From Lysobacterales bacterium (GTDB taxonomy: Bacteria; Pseudomonadota; Gammaproteobacteria; Xanthomonadales; SZUA-5), in the NCBI GenBank assembly GCA_022844165.1, contig JALHMH010000003.1:96001-160000 (forward strand): a stretch of 64,000 bases of DNA, in the 5' to 3' direction. The position numbers and the translations under genes are program-made. The notes beneath the pieces were generated by a model that saw only the letters and a program-made list of their open reading frames with translations, had not been told where the DNA came from and searched no databases. Of this stretch, positions 9,654 to 18,872 are shown one piece after another. The first letter of the stretch is position 1, and the number at the start of each line of letters is the position of its first letter.

Positions 9654-10493
9654 ATGTACAAGACGGTTCAGTACTGGAAAATGGTGGCGATCGGAAATGA
9701 GTTCGTGCTGATACACGGCGAGGATGTGCCCTGCGAGGCTGACTATGGAGAGCTTGCCAGAACCCTGTGCAACCGAAAAGGCGGAGTCGGCGCGGACGGC
9801 CTTTTGATTCTCTTTTCTCGCGTCCTGAGAATGTTTAATCCCGACGGATCGGAGGATTTCTGCGGCAACGGTCTCAGATGTGCTGCCGTACATGGCTTCT
9901 CTAACGGAAGTCTGAGGGCGGAGGATGTTATCTTGCACCAAGGCGTTCCAGTCCAGATATCAATGACTGGGGAAAGCCGGTCGAAAATTAAACTTCCACC
10001 GGCCAGTTTCGAGCCTGAGCATGTTCCGATACGTGCTCGAAGAGAGATTTTCTCGAAACCCATACTCATTGCGAACCGAGAGAGAGAAATTAGCTGTCTA
10101 AGCACAGGGTCTACCCATACTGTGCTGTTTTCTCCATGCCCTGTTCCAGACGACGAGTTCATTGAGTTGGGCACGGCACTCGAAAATCACCCGCTGTTTC
10201 CGAGGCGCACGTCAACCATGTTTGCCTGTCCGCTGGATGATCGATATATCCTGATGCGACCATTTGAGCGTGGCGTTGGTGAGACACGTGGATGCGGAAC
10301 CGGCTCTGCAGCGGTGGTAGTCGTTTGGGCAAGGAAAAGCGGATTGAGCGGGAGGTTCGCGGTTGTCAATACCGGCGGTATGGTCGAAGTGTGTCTTGAC
10401 GATTGGACCGGTTCGATTACATTGGAGTCCGAGGTTAGTATGATCGAATCAGGTCATTTCTGTATCGAAAAGGCGCCCAATGAATATCGTTGA
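9654..10493 (+). CDS. Diaminopimelate epimerase (DapF)-fold PLP-independent epimerase/racemase
   Basis: GNEF, GVGADG, FNPDGSE, catalytic CGNG and ERGVGETRGCGTG motifs. Confidence 0.85.
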   Translation: MYKTVQYWKMVAIGNEFVLIHGEDVPCEADYGELARTLCNRKGGVGADGLLILFSRVLRMFNPDGSEDFCGNGLRCAAVHGFSNGSLRAEDVILHQGVPVQISMTGESRSKIKLPPASFEPEHVPIRARREIFSKPILIANREREISCLSTGSTHTVLFSPCPVPDDEFIELGTALENHPLFPRRTSTMFACPLDDRYILMRPFERGVGETRGCGTGSAAVVVVWARKSGLSGRFAVVNTGGMVEVCLDDWTGSITLESEVSMIESGHFCIEKAPNEYR

Positions 10494-11232
10494 TCCGCAG
10501 TTGCGCCTCAGCATGAGTGGCAGGAGTGGATCTTTCCGTGATCTTGGTTGCCAGACAAATCGATCTCTGGTTTTCCGAGGATTCGAATTCGAATCGGAGT
10601 TTGGCATAATAATCGGGGCCATAGCGTCCATTCGATTGATCGGCGATACTTCCCGTCTGAGGCGCTGCGGTCTTGTGAATGACGACGAAATTTCGCGGAT
10701 GCTGTTTTATCGACGTACCGACGATCAAGAGCGCTTTATACTTGGTCGGGCGCTGGCCCGAACGCTGCTGGAATCGTCGAGTGGTTTGAGCGCATCGTGT
10801 ATACGGTTTGTGCCGAGTTCGCTCGGCAAACCTCAAAGTGAGCCGTCTTGTGGGCAATTCAACATCTCACATTCAGCCGAACTCGTGATTGTGGTAGCAA
10901 GCCCGATAGTTCAATTGGGGGTTGATATCGAGTGGCGAGAGGCACGTCCACCATTTGAGATTTCTCGTTCGTTTATGCACGCTCAGGAACTACGGCAAAT
11001 GGGGGCGTGTATTGACGAAGACTCGAGACGGACGTACTTCTATAATGTATTTACGCGCAAAGAAGCTGTTCTAAAGGCGATTGGCGCTGGATTCAGCATC
11101 GATCCAAGCTCCGTATTCGTCGGAGGCAGTGGCGAGCGACTTGAGCGGTTGTTTGACTTAGCGGACCTGGTGGAGGTACGTACGTTGGCGTTGACCGGGG
11201 CATACGCCTGCCACATCGCTGCGATCCGATAG
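10480..11232 (+). CDS. Sfp-type 4'-phosphopantetheinyl transferase
   Basis: GKP...FNISHS, LGVDIE, TRKEAVLKAIG motifs; adjacent to the NRPS. Confidence 0.9.
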   Translation: MNIVDPQLRLSMSGRSGSFRDLGCQTNRSLVFRGFEFESEFGIIIGAIASIRLIGDTSRLRRCGLVNDDEISRMLFYRRTDDQERFILGRALARTLLESSSGLSASCIRFVPSSLGKPQSEPSCGQFNISHSAELVIVVASPIVQLGVDIEWREARPPFEISRSFMHAQELRQMGACIDEDSRRTYFYNVFTRKEAVLKAIGAGFSIDPSSVFVGGSGERLERLFDLADLVEVRTLALTGAYACHIAAIR

Positions 11233-11285
11233 GGCTCCAGGAAGAACGCCGATGTCCTGGGTACTTCTGCCGGTTCCTTTGGGCG

Positions 11286-12203
11286 ATGATTGCGACTCAC
11301 GATCGGACTGGGCCGCGCTTGACCACTGCTGAACTGCCACCGGTTTCACTCTTGCGCGCGTTTGATGCTGCCGGGCGTCACGCCAGCTTCAAGGAAGCGG
11401 CCGCGTTCCTGAACGTAACGCCTTCCACGATCAGTCATCAGATTGCCCATCTGGAGCGCTACCTGGGTGTGCAGCTGTTTGAGCGCGGTACTCCGAAGAT
11501 TCGCTTGACCACCGCCGGCGCCGAGTTGTTGGAGGACGTCTCGGCGGCCTTCAGTCGCATGCGCCAGGCAACCGGGCGCATTCGTCGGCTTGGTCAGCCG
11601 GTCACAGTCCGTATTAGCGCAAACCCGTTCCTCGCGGCCGAAGTACTTGTCCCGTCCATCGAATCCTTCGATCGATCCTTTCCAAAGCAGACGATCCATA
11701 TCTCGGCCACCGAGGAGATGCAGGATCCGCGCGACGGCGGCATCGATTTTTGTGTGCGCTTCGGCGATGGCGAATGGCCCGGTCTGGACGTCACGGCGCT
11801 CTATCCGGTCCACGCGGTGGCGGTTGCCGCGACCACGAGTTCTGCAAGTCCTTTAGCACGCATCGACTATCCCTATCGGGGCCAAAGCGTCTGGCAAACC
11901 TGGGAGCTGCGCGGCGGCCCAGCGCTGACCAGTAGCGAGTTGATCCGACATTTCAGCAACTTCGCCGCCGCGATGCGCGCCGCTGAGCAGGGGGTTGGAA
12001 TCGCGATTGCCGTTTGGCCGGTGGTGCAACCGCTGCTGCAGGCCAGGCGGCTGACGAGAGTAGGTACGGCCGCCTTGTCCCTGGGTCACTTGTACCTGTT
12101 GTCGCGCCACTTGAACCCTTCGCAAACGCAGCTGCTCGCCGCGCGCGAGTGGCTCACGAAGGTGTTGCGGCAAGCTGCACACGCGCCAGACGAGCCAGGC
12201 TGA
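11286..12203 (+). CDS. LysR-family transcriptional regulator (GcvA-like)
   Basis: LRAFDAAGRHASFKEAAAFLNVTPSTISHQIAHLE HTH; IDFCVRFGDGEWPG. Confidence 0.92.
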   Translation: MIATHDRTGPRLTTAELPPVSLLRAFDAAGRHASFKEAAAFLNVTPSTISHQIAHLERYLGVQLFERGTPKIRLTTAGAELLEDVSAAFSRMRQATGRIRRLGQPVTVRISANPFLAAEVLVPSIESFDRSFPKQTIHISATEEMQDPRDGGIDFCVRFGDGEWPGLDVTALYPVHAVAVAATTSSASPLARIDYPYRGQSVWQTWELRGGPALTSSELIRHFSNFAAAMRAAEQGVGIAIAVWPVVQPLLQARRLTRVGTAALSLGHLYLLSRHLNPSQTQLLAAREWLTKVLRQAAHAPDEPG

Positions 12204-12573
12204 TCCAGGCGGCAACCAATACAACGGCAATCAGCGCGTGCCTGGCAAGGGTTGTTGCCGAACCGCCGGCGTTCCAGACCAGATAGAAGTCGCCCAGCGG
12301 CATCACCAGCGCAAAAAGCGCCATGACACTCAGTATCCGATACTGATGAGTCAGAAGCAGATAGCCGGCAAAACTACCCATGAACAGCGCACGCAGCGCG
12401 TAAACGCTGACCCAGGCCGCATCTTGCGGGTTGGCCAGGGGCAGACCCATGTAAGCGCTGTAAGCGTGGCTGCCGAAGGCCACGCGGACGGCATTGCTCA
12501 ACTGTGACAGGGCCAACGCCAATGCCAACCAAAAGCCCAAACGGCGCCAGGACGGTAAACTGGAAGTTTTCAT
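12154..12573 (-). CDS. Small integral membrane protein (DUF4267-like)
   Basis: About four hydrophobic segments, Y-MGLP and MPLGD motifs; start taken at MKTSS. Confidence 0.65.
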   Translation of the reverse strand: MKTSSLPSWRRLGFWLALALALSQLSNAVRVAFGSHAYSAYMGLPLANPQDAAWVSVYALRALFMGSFAGYLLLTHQYRILSVMALFALVMPLGDFYLVWNAGGSATTLARHALIAVVLVAAWISLARLARVQLAATPS

Positions 12574-12644
12574 GCATCGCTCCCGCAGACATGCGCAGAG
12601 TCTGCCGCGACCCGAATGCAGGCACAAAGGGATAATTTGCGTGC

Positions 12645-12667
12645 GCAGATGAATCAGATGCATCTGC
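12645..12667. promoter_or_regulatory. Putative LysR-type binding site (T-N11-A inside a dyad)
   Basis: GCAGATG-aatcagatg-CATCTGC, about 70 bp upstream of the membrane-protein start. Confidence 0.5.
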
Positions 12668-12785
12668 CCCGATTTGCTCGTGAAGGACCGCAACCGCAAC
12701 GGATCCGCGGTCAGGTTGTGCCAGGCCAACTCGGGCTAGACGACCGCTCGTCTGCTTTTGAGGCCGCACGATGGTCGCTTACCTT

Positions 12786-15700
12786 CTAACCTCCCAACAC
12801 CCGCGCCAACACCGACCTGAGCGCCAACGGCCGAACCGGCTTATGCACCAACTGCACATCCGCCTCGGCCGCTTTGTCTTTCAACTCTGCCGAATGGTCG
12901 GCGCTGATCAGAATCGTAGGCCGATCGCCGCACTTCTTTCGCAGCCGCTCCCGCAACGCCAACCCGGTGAGCCCACCATCCAGGTGGTAATCCAAGATCC
13001 ACACATCCGTCTCGCCTGCGGCGGCGAGCGCATCTTCGAGACCACCGGCGCTGACGACACGGATATCCCACGCCGCCACTAGCTGCGCCAGTGCTGCGCG
13101 TCCATCGGGTTCGTTATCGACGATCAACACGCGCCGACCGGCTGCCAGTCGCGGGCTCGCGGCGGGTTCGGGGCGCGGCACAGCGGCGCAGGCCGGAACT
13201 TCAATGGAGATTGCCGTCCCGCGACCCGGAACGCTGTCCAGCGCAATCGTGTGTCCCAGCAGGCGCGCAATGCGTTGACTAATGGCGAGGCCCAATCCCA
13301 GCCCTTCGGGTGCGGTTTCGCGGGCAGCGTCGAGCCGCTGGAATTCCTCGAACACGCGCAGGCGATCGGCAGGTTCAATGCCGACGCCAGTGTCGACCAC
13401 GGTTAGGCGCAGGTTCGACCTTGAGCGTCGCACGCCGATGAGAACGCCGCCGCGCGCGGTGTATCGAAGCGCGTTGGCGACGAAGTTCTGCAGCACGCGG
13501 CGCACGAGGCCGGCATCCGACTGTGCCCAGGCTTTGGTCGCAACCACGCGCAATGTGAGCCCACGCTCCCCCGCGGAGAGATCGAACTCGGCGGCGAGTG
13601 TTGCGATCAGCTCGCCAACCGCGAACGGCGCGCACTTGGGTTCGGCGCCGCCAACGTCGAGGCGCGATAAATCCAACAGGCCCGCAAGCAGCGCTTCGGT
13701 GGACTTGAGCGCGCTGCCGATCTGGCGCACGTTGGGTGCGTATTCGGCATGTTTGAGCGTCAGCGACAGCGCGTGCGTGTACAACGTCGCGGCGTTCAGC
13801 GGCTGCAGCAAATCGTGGCTGATCGCGGCCAGAAATCGGGTCTTGGCGGCGTTCGCCTGCTCGGCAATGGCGGTGGCGGCCGCCAGCTCGTGTGTGCGTT
13901 CGACGACGCGCGCTTCGAGCGTTTCGTTGCTGGTGCGTAGCGCTTGTTCGGCGGCGCGGAAGGCGCTGATGTCGGTGTAGGTGGTAACGAAGCCGCCGCC
14001 GGGAATGGGATTGCCGCGGATTTCGATTACGACGTCATTCGGCCATTGGCGCTCGAAGACGTAACTCGATCCCGCTTGCAAGAATCCTAAGCGCCGTGCC
14101 ACCAGCTCATCGACGGCGCCTGGGCCTAACAAACCGCGCTCGGCGTTGTAGCGAAACAACTCGGCCACCGGGCGCCCGACGTGCAGGAAATCGGGCGGAT
14201 AACCGAGCAGTGCTGCGTAACGCTGATTCCACGCAACGAGGCGCAAATCGCCGTCGACCACGCTGATGCCCTGGCTCAAGTTGGCCATCGCGGTATCGAT
14301 CAAGGCGTGCGAAAAGCTGACCGCCTCGCGGGCATGGCCAACGACTTCAGTGATCGCGCTCAACTCCTCGCGCGCGCCGCGGCGCGCCGCATCGAGCAGC
14401 AGGCGTGCCGAGGCGGCGCCGATCAGCGCGCTGAGCGCGTGCTCGACGGCAGTCAGCTGTGTTGCGCTGGCGAGACGATCGCTGTCGCCGCTGGCCGGGC
14501 CGAGCAATGCATCGATGCGCTCCGGGTCGAGCAGGCGCCTTGCCGTTGCGCGCAGATCGCTCAACCGCGGCACATTCGCACTCGGAACGACGCCGCGCTT
14601 TTCGCGGCGCGAGGCGAGCACCAGGGTGAAGCTGTTGGCCAGCAAACTCCACAGTACGCCGTGTGTCAGTGGGTCGATGCCCGAGAGACCAAAGAGCGCT
14701 CGCGGCGACAGCCACGACAGCCCAAACGGGACTGCAATCCAGGGTTCGGCGACGAGAGCCGGCAATAGCAGCGTGTAGGCCCACACGGCCAAACCCACGG
14801 CCAGCGCGAACAGTACGCCGCGGCGCTGTGCATTCGGCCAGTACAACGCCGCAAACAACGCCGGAGCCAGCTGCGCCAGCGCCGCGAAGGCGATAGAGCC
14901 CACATCGGCCAAGGCGTCGCTGGCGACGATGAGTCGGCTGTACGCGTAGGCGGCCAGCATCGTTAGTGCGATCACCGCGCGCCGCTGCCACAGCACCGTG
15001 AGCGTCAGATCGCCGCGACCACGGCGCACCACGAGTGGCGCCAGCCAGTGATTGCCGACCATGATCGCGAGAGTCAGCGTGGCCATCACGACCATGCCGG
15101 CGGCGGCGCTGACGCCGCCGAGAAAGGCGATCAATGCCAGCGCATTGGCGCCGGCCTGCAACGGCAAACCCAGCACGAACAAGTCGCTCGGCACCTCGCC
15201 CGCCAGCAGTGTTTGACCGGCGATCGCCAGCGGCAACACGAACACGCTCATCAGCAGCAGATACAGCGGAAAGGCCCAACGCGCCCGGTCGATGTGCCTG
15301 AGGTCGCGGCACTCGACGACGCTCAGGTGGAATTGGTGCGGTAACACGAACATCGCCAGCGCGCCGAGAACGATCAACGTCACGAAGTTCATGCCAGGTG
15401 CGGATGGCACTGGCAACGCGGCGCGCGCTTCAAGTACGGCGCTGAAACCGTCGAACAACCAGAAAACGGTAAAGATGCCGACGGCGCTCAATGCCAACAG
15501 CTTCAACAAAGATTCGAAGGCCATCGCCAGGACCACACCACCGGCATTGACGCCGGCGCGGCGCGTGCCGAACAACATCGCGAACAGCGCCATCGCCAGT
15601 GCCGCCATCGCGGCGCTGTCGTGACCGCGCACGCCCAGCAACGCGGCCGACAGCAAGTCGAAGCTCTGGGCAACGGCTTTGAGCTGCAGCGCCACATAAG

Positions 15701-16079
15701 GCACCAGGCCAACCACCGCGATCAAGGTGGCCAGCGCGGCAATGCCGACGCTCTTGTCGAACCGCGAAGCCAGCAAGTCCGCGATGGATGTTGTGTGCCG
15801 CGCGTGAGCTTCGACCACGAGGCGTTTCAACAGCGGCGTGGCAAACGCAAACACCAGGATCGTGCCGACGAAGGTTGGGGGAACCCACCAGCCGTGGCGC
15901 AGCGCCTGGGTGACCGTGCCGTAAAACGTCCATGACGTGCAGTACACCGCCAGGGACAGGGTGTATATGGTGGCCGCATGGCGCCGCAGGAAATCGCCGC
16001 GATGTTCGCCAAAACGCGCGGCGGCGAACAGCAGCAACAGCCAGGCGGCACCGGCAATGGCGATGACTGTAGGCGACAT
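12786..16079 (-). CDS. Na+/solute-symporter-fused hybrid histidine kinase (CrbS/CbrA-like: SLC5-PAS-HisKA-HATPase-REC)
   Basis: YTLSLAVYCTSWTFYG, LPHQFH, PAS (QGISVVDGDLRLVAWN), H-box SHDLLQPL, GLGLGLAI, C-terminal receiver LIVDN...DYHL...KP. Confidence 0.92.
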   Translation of the reverse strand: MSPTVIAIAGAAWLLLLFAAARFGEHRGDFLRRHAATIYTLSLAVYCTSWTFYGTVTQALRHGWWVPPTFVGTILVFAFATPLLKRLVVEAHARHTTSIADLLASRFDKSVGIAALATLIAVVGLVPYVALQLKAVAQSFDLLSAALLGVRGHDSAAMAALAMALFAMLFGTRRAGVNAGGVVLAMAFESLLKLLALSAVGIFTVFWLFDGFSAVLEARAALPVPSAPGMNFVTLIVLGALAMFVLPHQFHLSVVECRDLRHIDRARWAFPLYLLLMSVFVLPLAIAGQTLLAGEVPSDLFVLGLPLQAGANALALIAFLGGVSAAAGMVVMATLTLAIMVGNHWLAPLVVRRGRGDLTLTVLWQRRAVIALTMLAAYAYSRLIVASDALADVGSIAFAALAQLAPALFAALYWPNAQRRGVLFALAVGLAVWAYTLLLPALVAEPWIAVPFGLSWLSPRALFGLSGIDPLTHGVLWSLLANSFTLVLASRREKRGVVPSANVPRLSDLRATARRLLDPERIDALLGPASGDSDRLASATQLTAVEHALSALIGAASARLLLDAARRGAREELSAITEVVGHAREAVSFSHALIDTAMANLSQGISVVDGDLRLVAWNQRYAALLGYPPDFLHVGRPVAELFRYNAERGLLGPGAVDELVARRLGFLQAGSSYVFERQWPNDVVIEIRGNPIPGGGFVTTYTDISAFRAAEQALRTSNETLEARVVERTHELAAATAIAEQANAAKTRFLAAISHDLLQPLNAATLYTHALSLTLKHAEYAPNVRQIGSALKSTEALLAGLLDLSRLDVGGAEPKCAPFAVGELIATLAAEFDLSAGERGLTLRVVATKAWAQSDAGLVRRVLQNFVANALRYTARGGVLIGVRRSRSNLRLTVVDTGVGIEPADRLRVFEEFQRLDAARETAPEGLGLGLAISQRIARLLGHTIALDSVPGRGTAISIEVPACAAVPRPEPAASPRLAAGRRVLIVDNEPDGRAALAQLVAAWDIRVVSAGGLEDALAAAGETDVWILDYHLDGGLTGLALRERLRKKCGDRPTILISADHSAELKDKAAEADVQLVHKPVRPLALRSVLARVLGG

Positions 16080-16128
16080 TCGCTCAGGTTTAGACGATTT
16101 CAGGGCGGCTCGCGCTAACATCCGCCGA

Positions 16129-16623
16129 ATGCGCTGCTTTTGTCTACTGCTGGCGATGGTCTTTTGTGCGCCGCTCGGTGCGCAGACGCTGCTCGTGCGC
16201 CATGCAACCGTGCTCGACCTGCCGGCGCCCAGTATTGCGCTCGATCTGCGCGCGGACCTGGGCGAGACAGCCACGGCCGCATTAGGCGCAGGCATCGTAC
16301 TGGTGTTTCAGGCGCAATGGGAATTGCCCGATGGCCGCACGCTGACGCAACCGCTCACCCTGAGCTACAGCCCGCTGCTCGATCAGTATGCGTTGCAGCT
16401 CGGCAGCCGGCCGCCGCAGCGCTTCGACCTGCGCAATGCGCTGCTGGCCGCACTCGAGAACGCCAACCTGAGTTGGCCGGACGCCGAACCTTGCGCCAGT
16501 GTTTGTGCCGGCCGCCTGCGTGTGGTCCTGGACCGCAGCCGACTACCCGCACCGCTCAGGCTCAACGCCGTTGCCGCACGCGGCTGGCAATTGGACAGCG
16601 CATGGACGACAGTCGACAAATAG
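16129..16623 (+). CDS. DUF4390-like periplasmic protein
   Basis: Signal peptide, LSYSPL..QY, LDRSRLPAPLR motif, position immediately before an NtrY-like kinase. Confidence 0.7.
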   Translation: MRCFCLLLAMVFCAPLGAQTLLVRHATVLDLPAPSIALDLRADLGETATAALGAGIVLVFQAQWELPDGRTLTQPLTLSYSPLLDQYALQLGSRPPQRFDLRNALLAALENANLSWPDAEPCASVCAGRLRVVLDRSRLPAPLRLNAVAARGWQLDSAWTTVDK

Positions 16624-18746
16624 CCTGGCGTCAGGCACTGGTGCCGCTCGCAGCGCTGACGCTGCTGAGTATCGGTGCGCTGTATCTGGCCGGCGAGAAC
16701 AACGAACTCGGTCCGCGCATGGGCGCTGAGTGGCCCTATGTCATCGGCGCGATGTTGGCGGCGCTGCTGGTACTGCTCGGCGCGATCGGCGCGCAAGCCT
16801 GGCGCTTGTGGCGCGACCTGCGCGCGCGCTCGCCCGGCGCGCGCTTGAGCTGGCGCCTGCTCAAGCGCCTGGCGCTCCTGGTGCTGCCGCCGCTGGTGCT
16901 GCTGTTTTTCTTCGCGTTGCGGTTTATCCACGGCGCGGTGGATGGCTGGTTCAAGGTGGATGTGGCCGCCGCCCTCGACGATGGCTTCAAGGTCGCGCAG
17001 CGCTCGATCGAGGTCTCAGAGCAGCAGTTATTGAGCCGTGCCGAGGCTTTGGGCCGCCGTATCAACGAAGGCGAAATCGCCGTCGACGATGCCGCGCTGA
17101 TCCATGCTCTGGACGATTTGGATGCCGATGAATTGATCGTATATGGTGCCGATCGATCAGTATTGGCGCGCGCTGACCTGGACTTGAGCGCGTTGGGCGC
17201 GATGAGTCCGGACGATGCGCTATGGCGCTCGGCGCGGCGCAATGGCACGGCATCGATCACGGAACGGCAGGGCGAGTCGCTGCAAGCCATGGCCTTGGTC
17301 GACTTGCCGGATCGCGATGCAGTGTTGCTGGCGCGATTCGTCCTCGACAACCAGATCGCTACGCTTGCCGGTGCCATCGAGCAGCGCTATCACGACTATC
17401 GGCAACTCGCGGTGATGCGCGACGCGCTGAAATACACGGTCAGTGTGGTGCTCAGCGTGGTGCTGATCGCTGCCGTCTTGTTTGCGCTGTATCTGGCGTT
17501 TGCGCTGGCGCGTGGGCTTGTCGAACCGCTGCGACGACTCGTCGGCGCGACGCGCGCTGTTGCTCAGGGCGACTATCGGATTACGGTGCCGGAAATCAGC
17601 GACGACGAAATAGGTGGCCTGGCACGCGCCTTCAATCAGATGGCCGGGCAACTCGACGAGGCCAATCAACGTCAGTTGCGCTCGGCAGCGGACGCCGAGG
17701 CCGGGCGGCGCTACTTCGAAGGGCTGCTTGATCGACTGTCCTCTGGCGTGCTGAGCCTGGATGGCGCCGGACGATTGCGCACCAGCAATGGTGCCGCGCA
17801 GGAAATCCTCGGCGTCGACCTGAGTTCCTGGCAAGGGCTGGCGATCGAGCGCCTGGGGCGAGCCGATCCACCGTTGCAGCCGCTCGTGCAGCGACTCATC
17901 GAAGCGCTCGCCCAACAACCGGGTGACTGGCGCGACGAAGTGCGCTTGTTGCGCGGCGCACAGGAGCAGCGCCTGTTGCTGCGCGGCGCGCGATTGCCCG
18001 GCGGCGATGGCGAAGTGGGTGGTCTGGTGCTGGTGTTCGACGATGAATCCGAATTTGCGCGCGCGACCCGCGACAGCGCTTGGAGCGAGGTTGCGCGACG
18101 TCTGGCACACGAGATCAAAAATCCGCTGACGCCGATCCAGCTCGCTGCAGAACGCATGCGCCGCAAACTCCTGGAGCGGCTGCCAGCCGAAGACCGCGAT
18201 GTGCTGGACCGCGCCACACACACGATCGTGGCCCAGGTTGAAGCGCTGAAATCGATGGTCAACGCGTTTGGCGACTACGCGCGGCCACCGCGCCTGGAAC
18301 TTAAGTCCATGAGACTGTCGACGATCATTCGCGAGGTGGTTGAGCTGTACATGGGCGACACTTCGCGCGTGGACATCAGTTTGCATCTTCCGGACGACGA
18401 GGCCCCAGTGCGAGCCGATGCCGGACGCGTGCGGCAATTGCTGCACAACCTCATTCGCAACGCCGAAGAGGCGCTGCCAGAGGGCCGGGCGCAGGTCGAG
18501 ATTGCGCTGTATGGAGGTGCCGAGGGGTCGCGCAATTATGTCGAACTGGAAGTCCGCGACCACGGCCCTGGCATCCCGGAAAATCTCAAGGATCGCCTGT
18601 TCGAGCCGTACACCACGACTAAGGCCAAGGGCACCGGCCTTGGATTGGCGATCGTGAAAAAAATCGTCGAGGAACACGGCGGCCACATTCGCGCTGACAA
18701 TCTGCAAGGCGGCGGCGCGCGGTTTCGCGTGCGCTTTCCGATGTAG
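16602..18746 (+). CDS. NtrY-like sensor histidine kinase (HAMP-PAS-HisKA-HATPase)
   Basis: DEIGGLARAFNQM HAMP, AWSEVARRLAHEIKNPLTPIQL, GTGLGLAIVKKI. Confidence 0.9.
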   Translation: MDDSRQIAWRQALVPLAALTLLSIGALYLAGENNELGPRMGAEWPYVIGAMLAALLVLLGAIGAQAWRLWRDLRARSPGARLSWRLLKRLALLVLPPLVLLFFFALRFIHGAVDGWFKVDVAAALDDGFKVAQRSIEVSEQQLLSRAEALGRRINEGEIAVDDAALIHALDDLDADELIVYGADRSVLARADLDLSALGAMSPDDALWRSARRNGTASITERQGESLQAMALVDLPDRDAVLLARFVLDNQIATLAGAIEQRYHDYRQLAVMRDALKYTVSVVLSVVLIAAVLFALYLAFALARGLVEPLRRLVGATRAVAQGDYRITVPEISDDEIGGLARAFNQMAGQLDEANQRQLRSAADAEAGRRYFEGLLDRLSSGVLSLDGAGRLRTSNGAAQEILGVDLSSWQGLAIERLGRADPPLQPLVQRLIEALAQQPGDWRDEVRLLRGAQEQRLLLRGARLPGGDGEVGGLVLVFDDESEFARATRDSAWSEVARRLAHEIKNPLTPIQLAAERMRRKLLERLPAEDRDVLDRATHTIVAQVEALKSMVNAFGDYARPPRLELKSMRLSTIIREVVELYMGDTSRVDISLHLPDDEAPVRADAGRVRQLLHNLIRNAEEALPEGRAQVEIALYGGAEGSRNYVELEVRDHGPGIPENLKDRLFEPYTTTKAKGTGLGLAIVKKIVEEHGGHIRADNLQGGGARFRVRFPM

Positions 18747-18872
18747 CGCAGGGAACGGCAGCAATGCCCCGACCTGGCTTTCAGCTAAGGCGCCTCGCGT
18801 AAACGTGGCCGGTTCGAATCCAGTTACTACCCGTCTCCGGATCGGTCACGACGTTGGCGGCCCGAATCGCCG

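Noticed and set aside
16080-16295. Long N-terminal extensions in the ORF track that make the kinase genes overlap head-to-head
   Set aside because: Downstream ATGs (16079, 16129, 16602) give family-typical N-termini with no large overlap
17220-18764. 514-aa antisense ORF (also 45652-47067, 14347-15312, 40871-41776 and similar)
   Set aside because: Shadow frames of well-supported genes in high-GC DNA; no recognisable motifs
18800-18835. GGTTCGAATCC resembling a tRNA T-loop
   Set aside because: The T-stem is mismatched (GCCGG/CCAGT), and I could not build an acceptor stem, D-arm or CCA end
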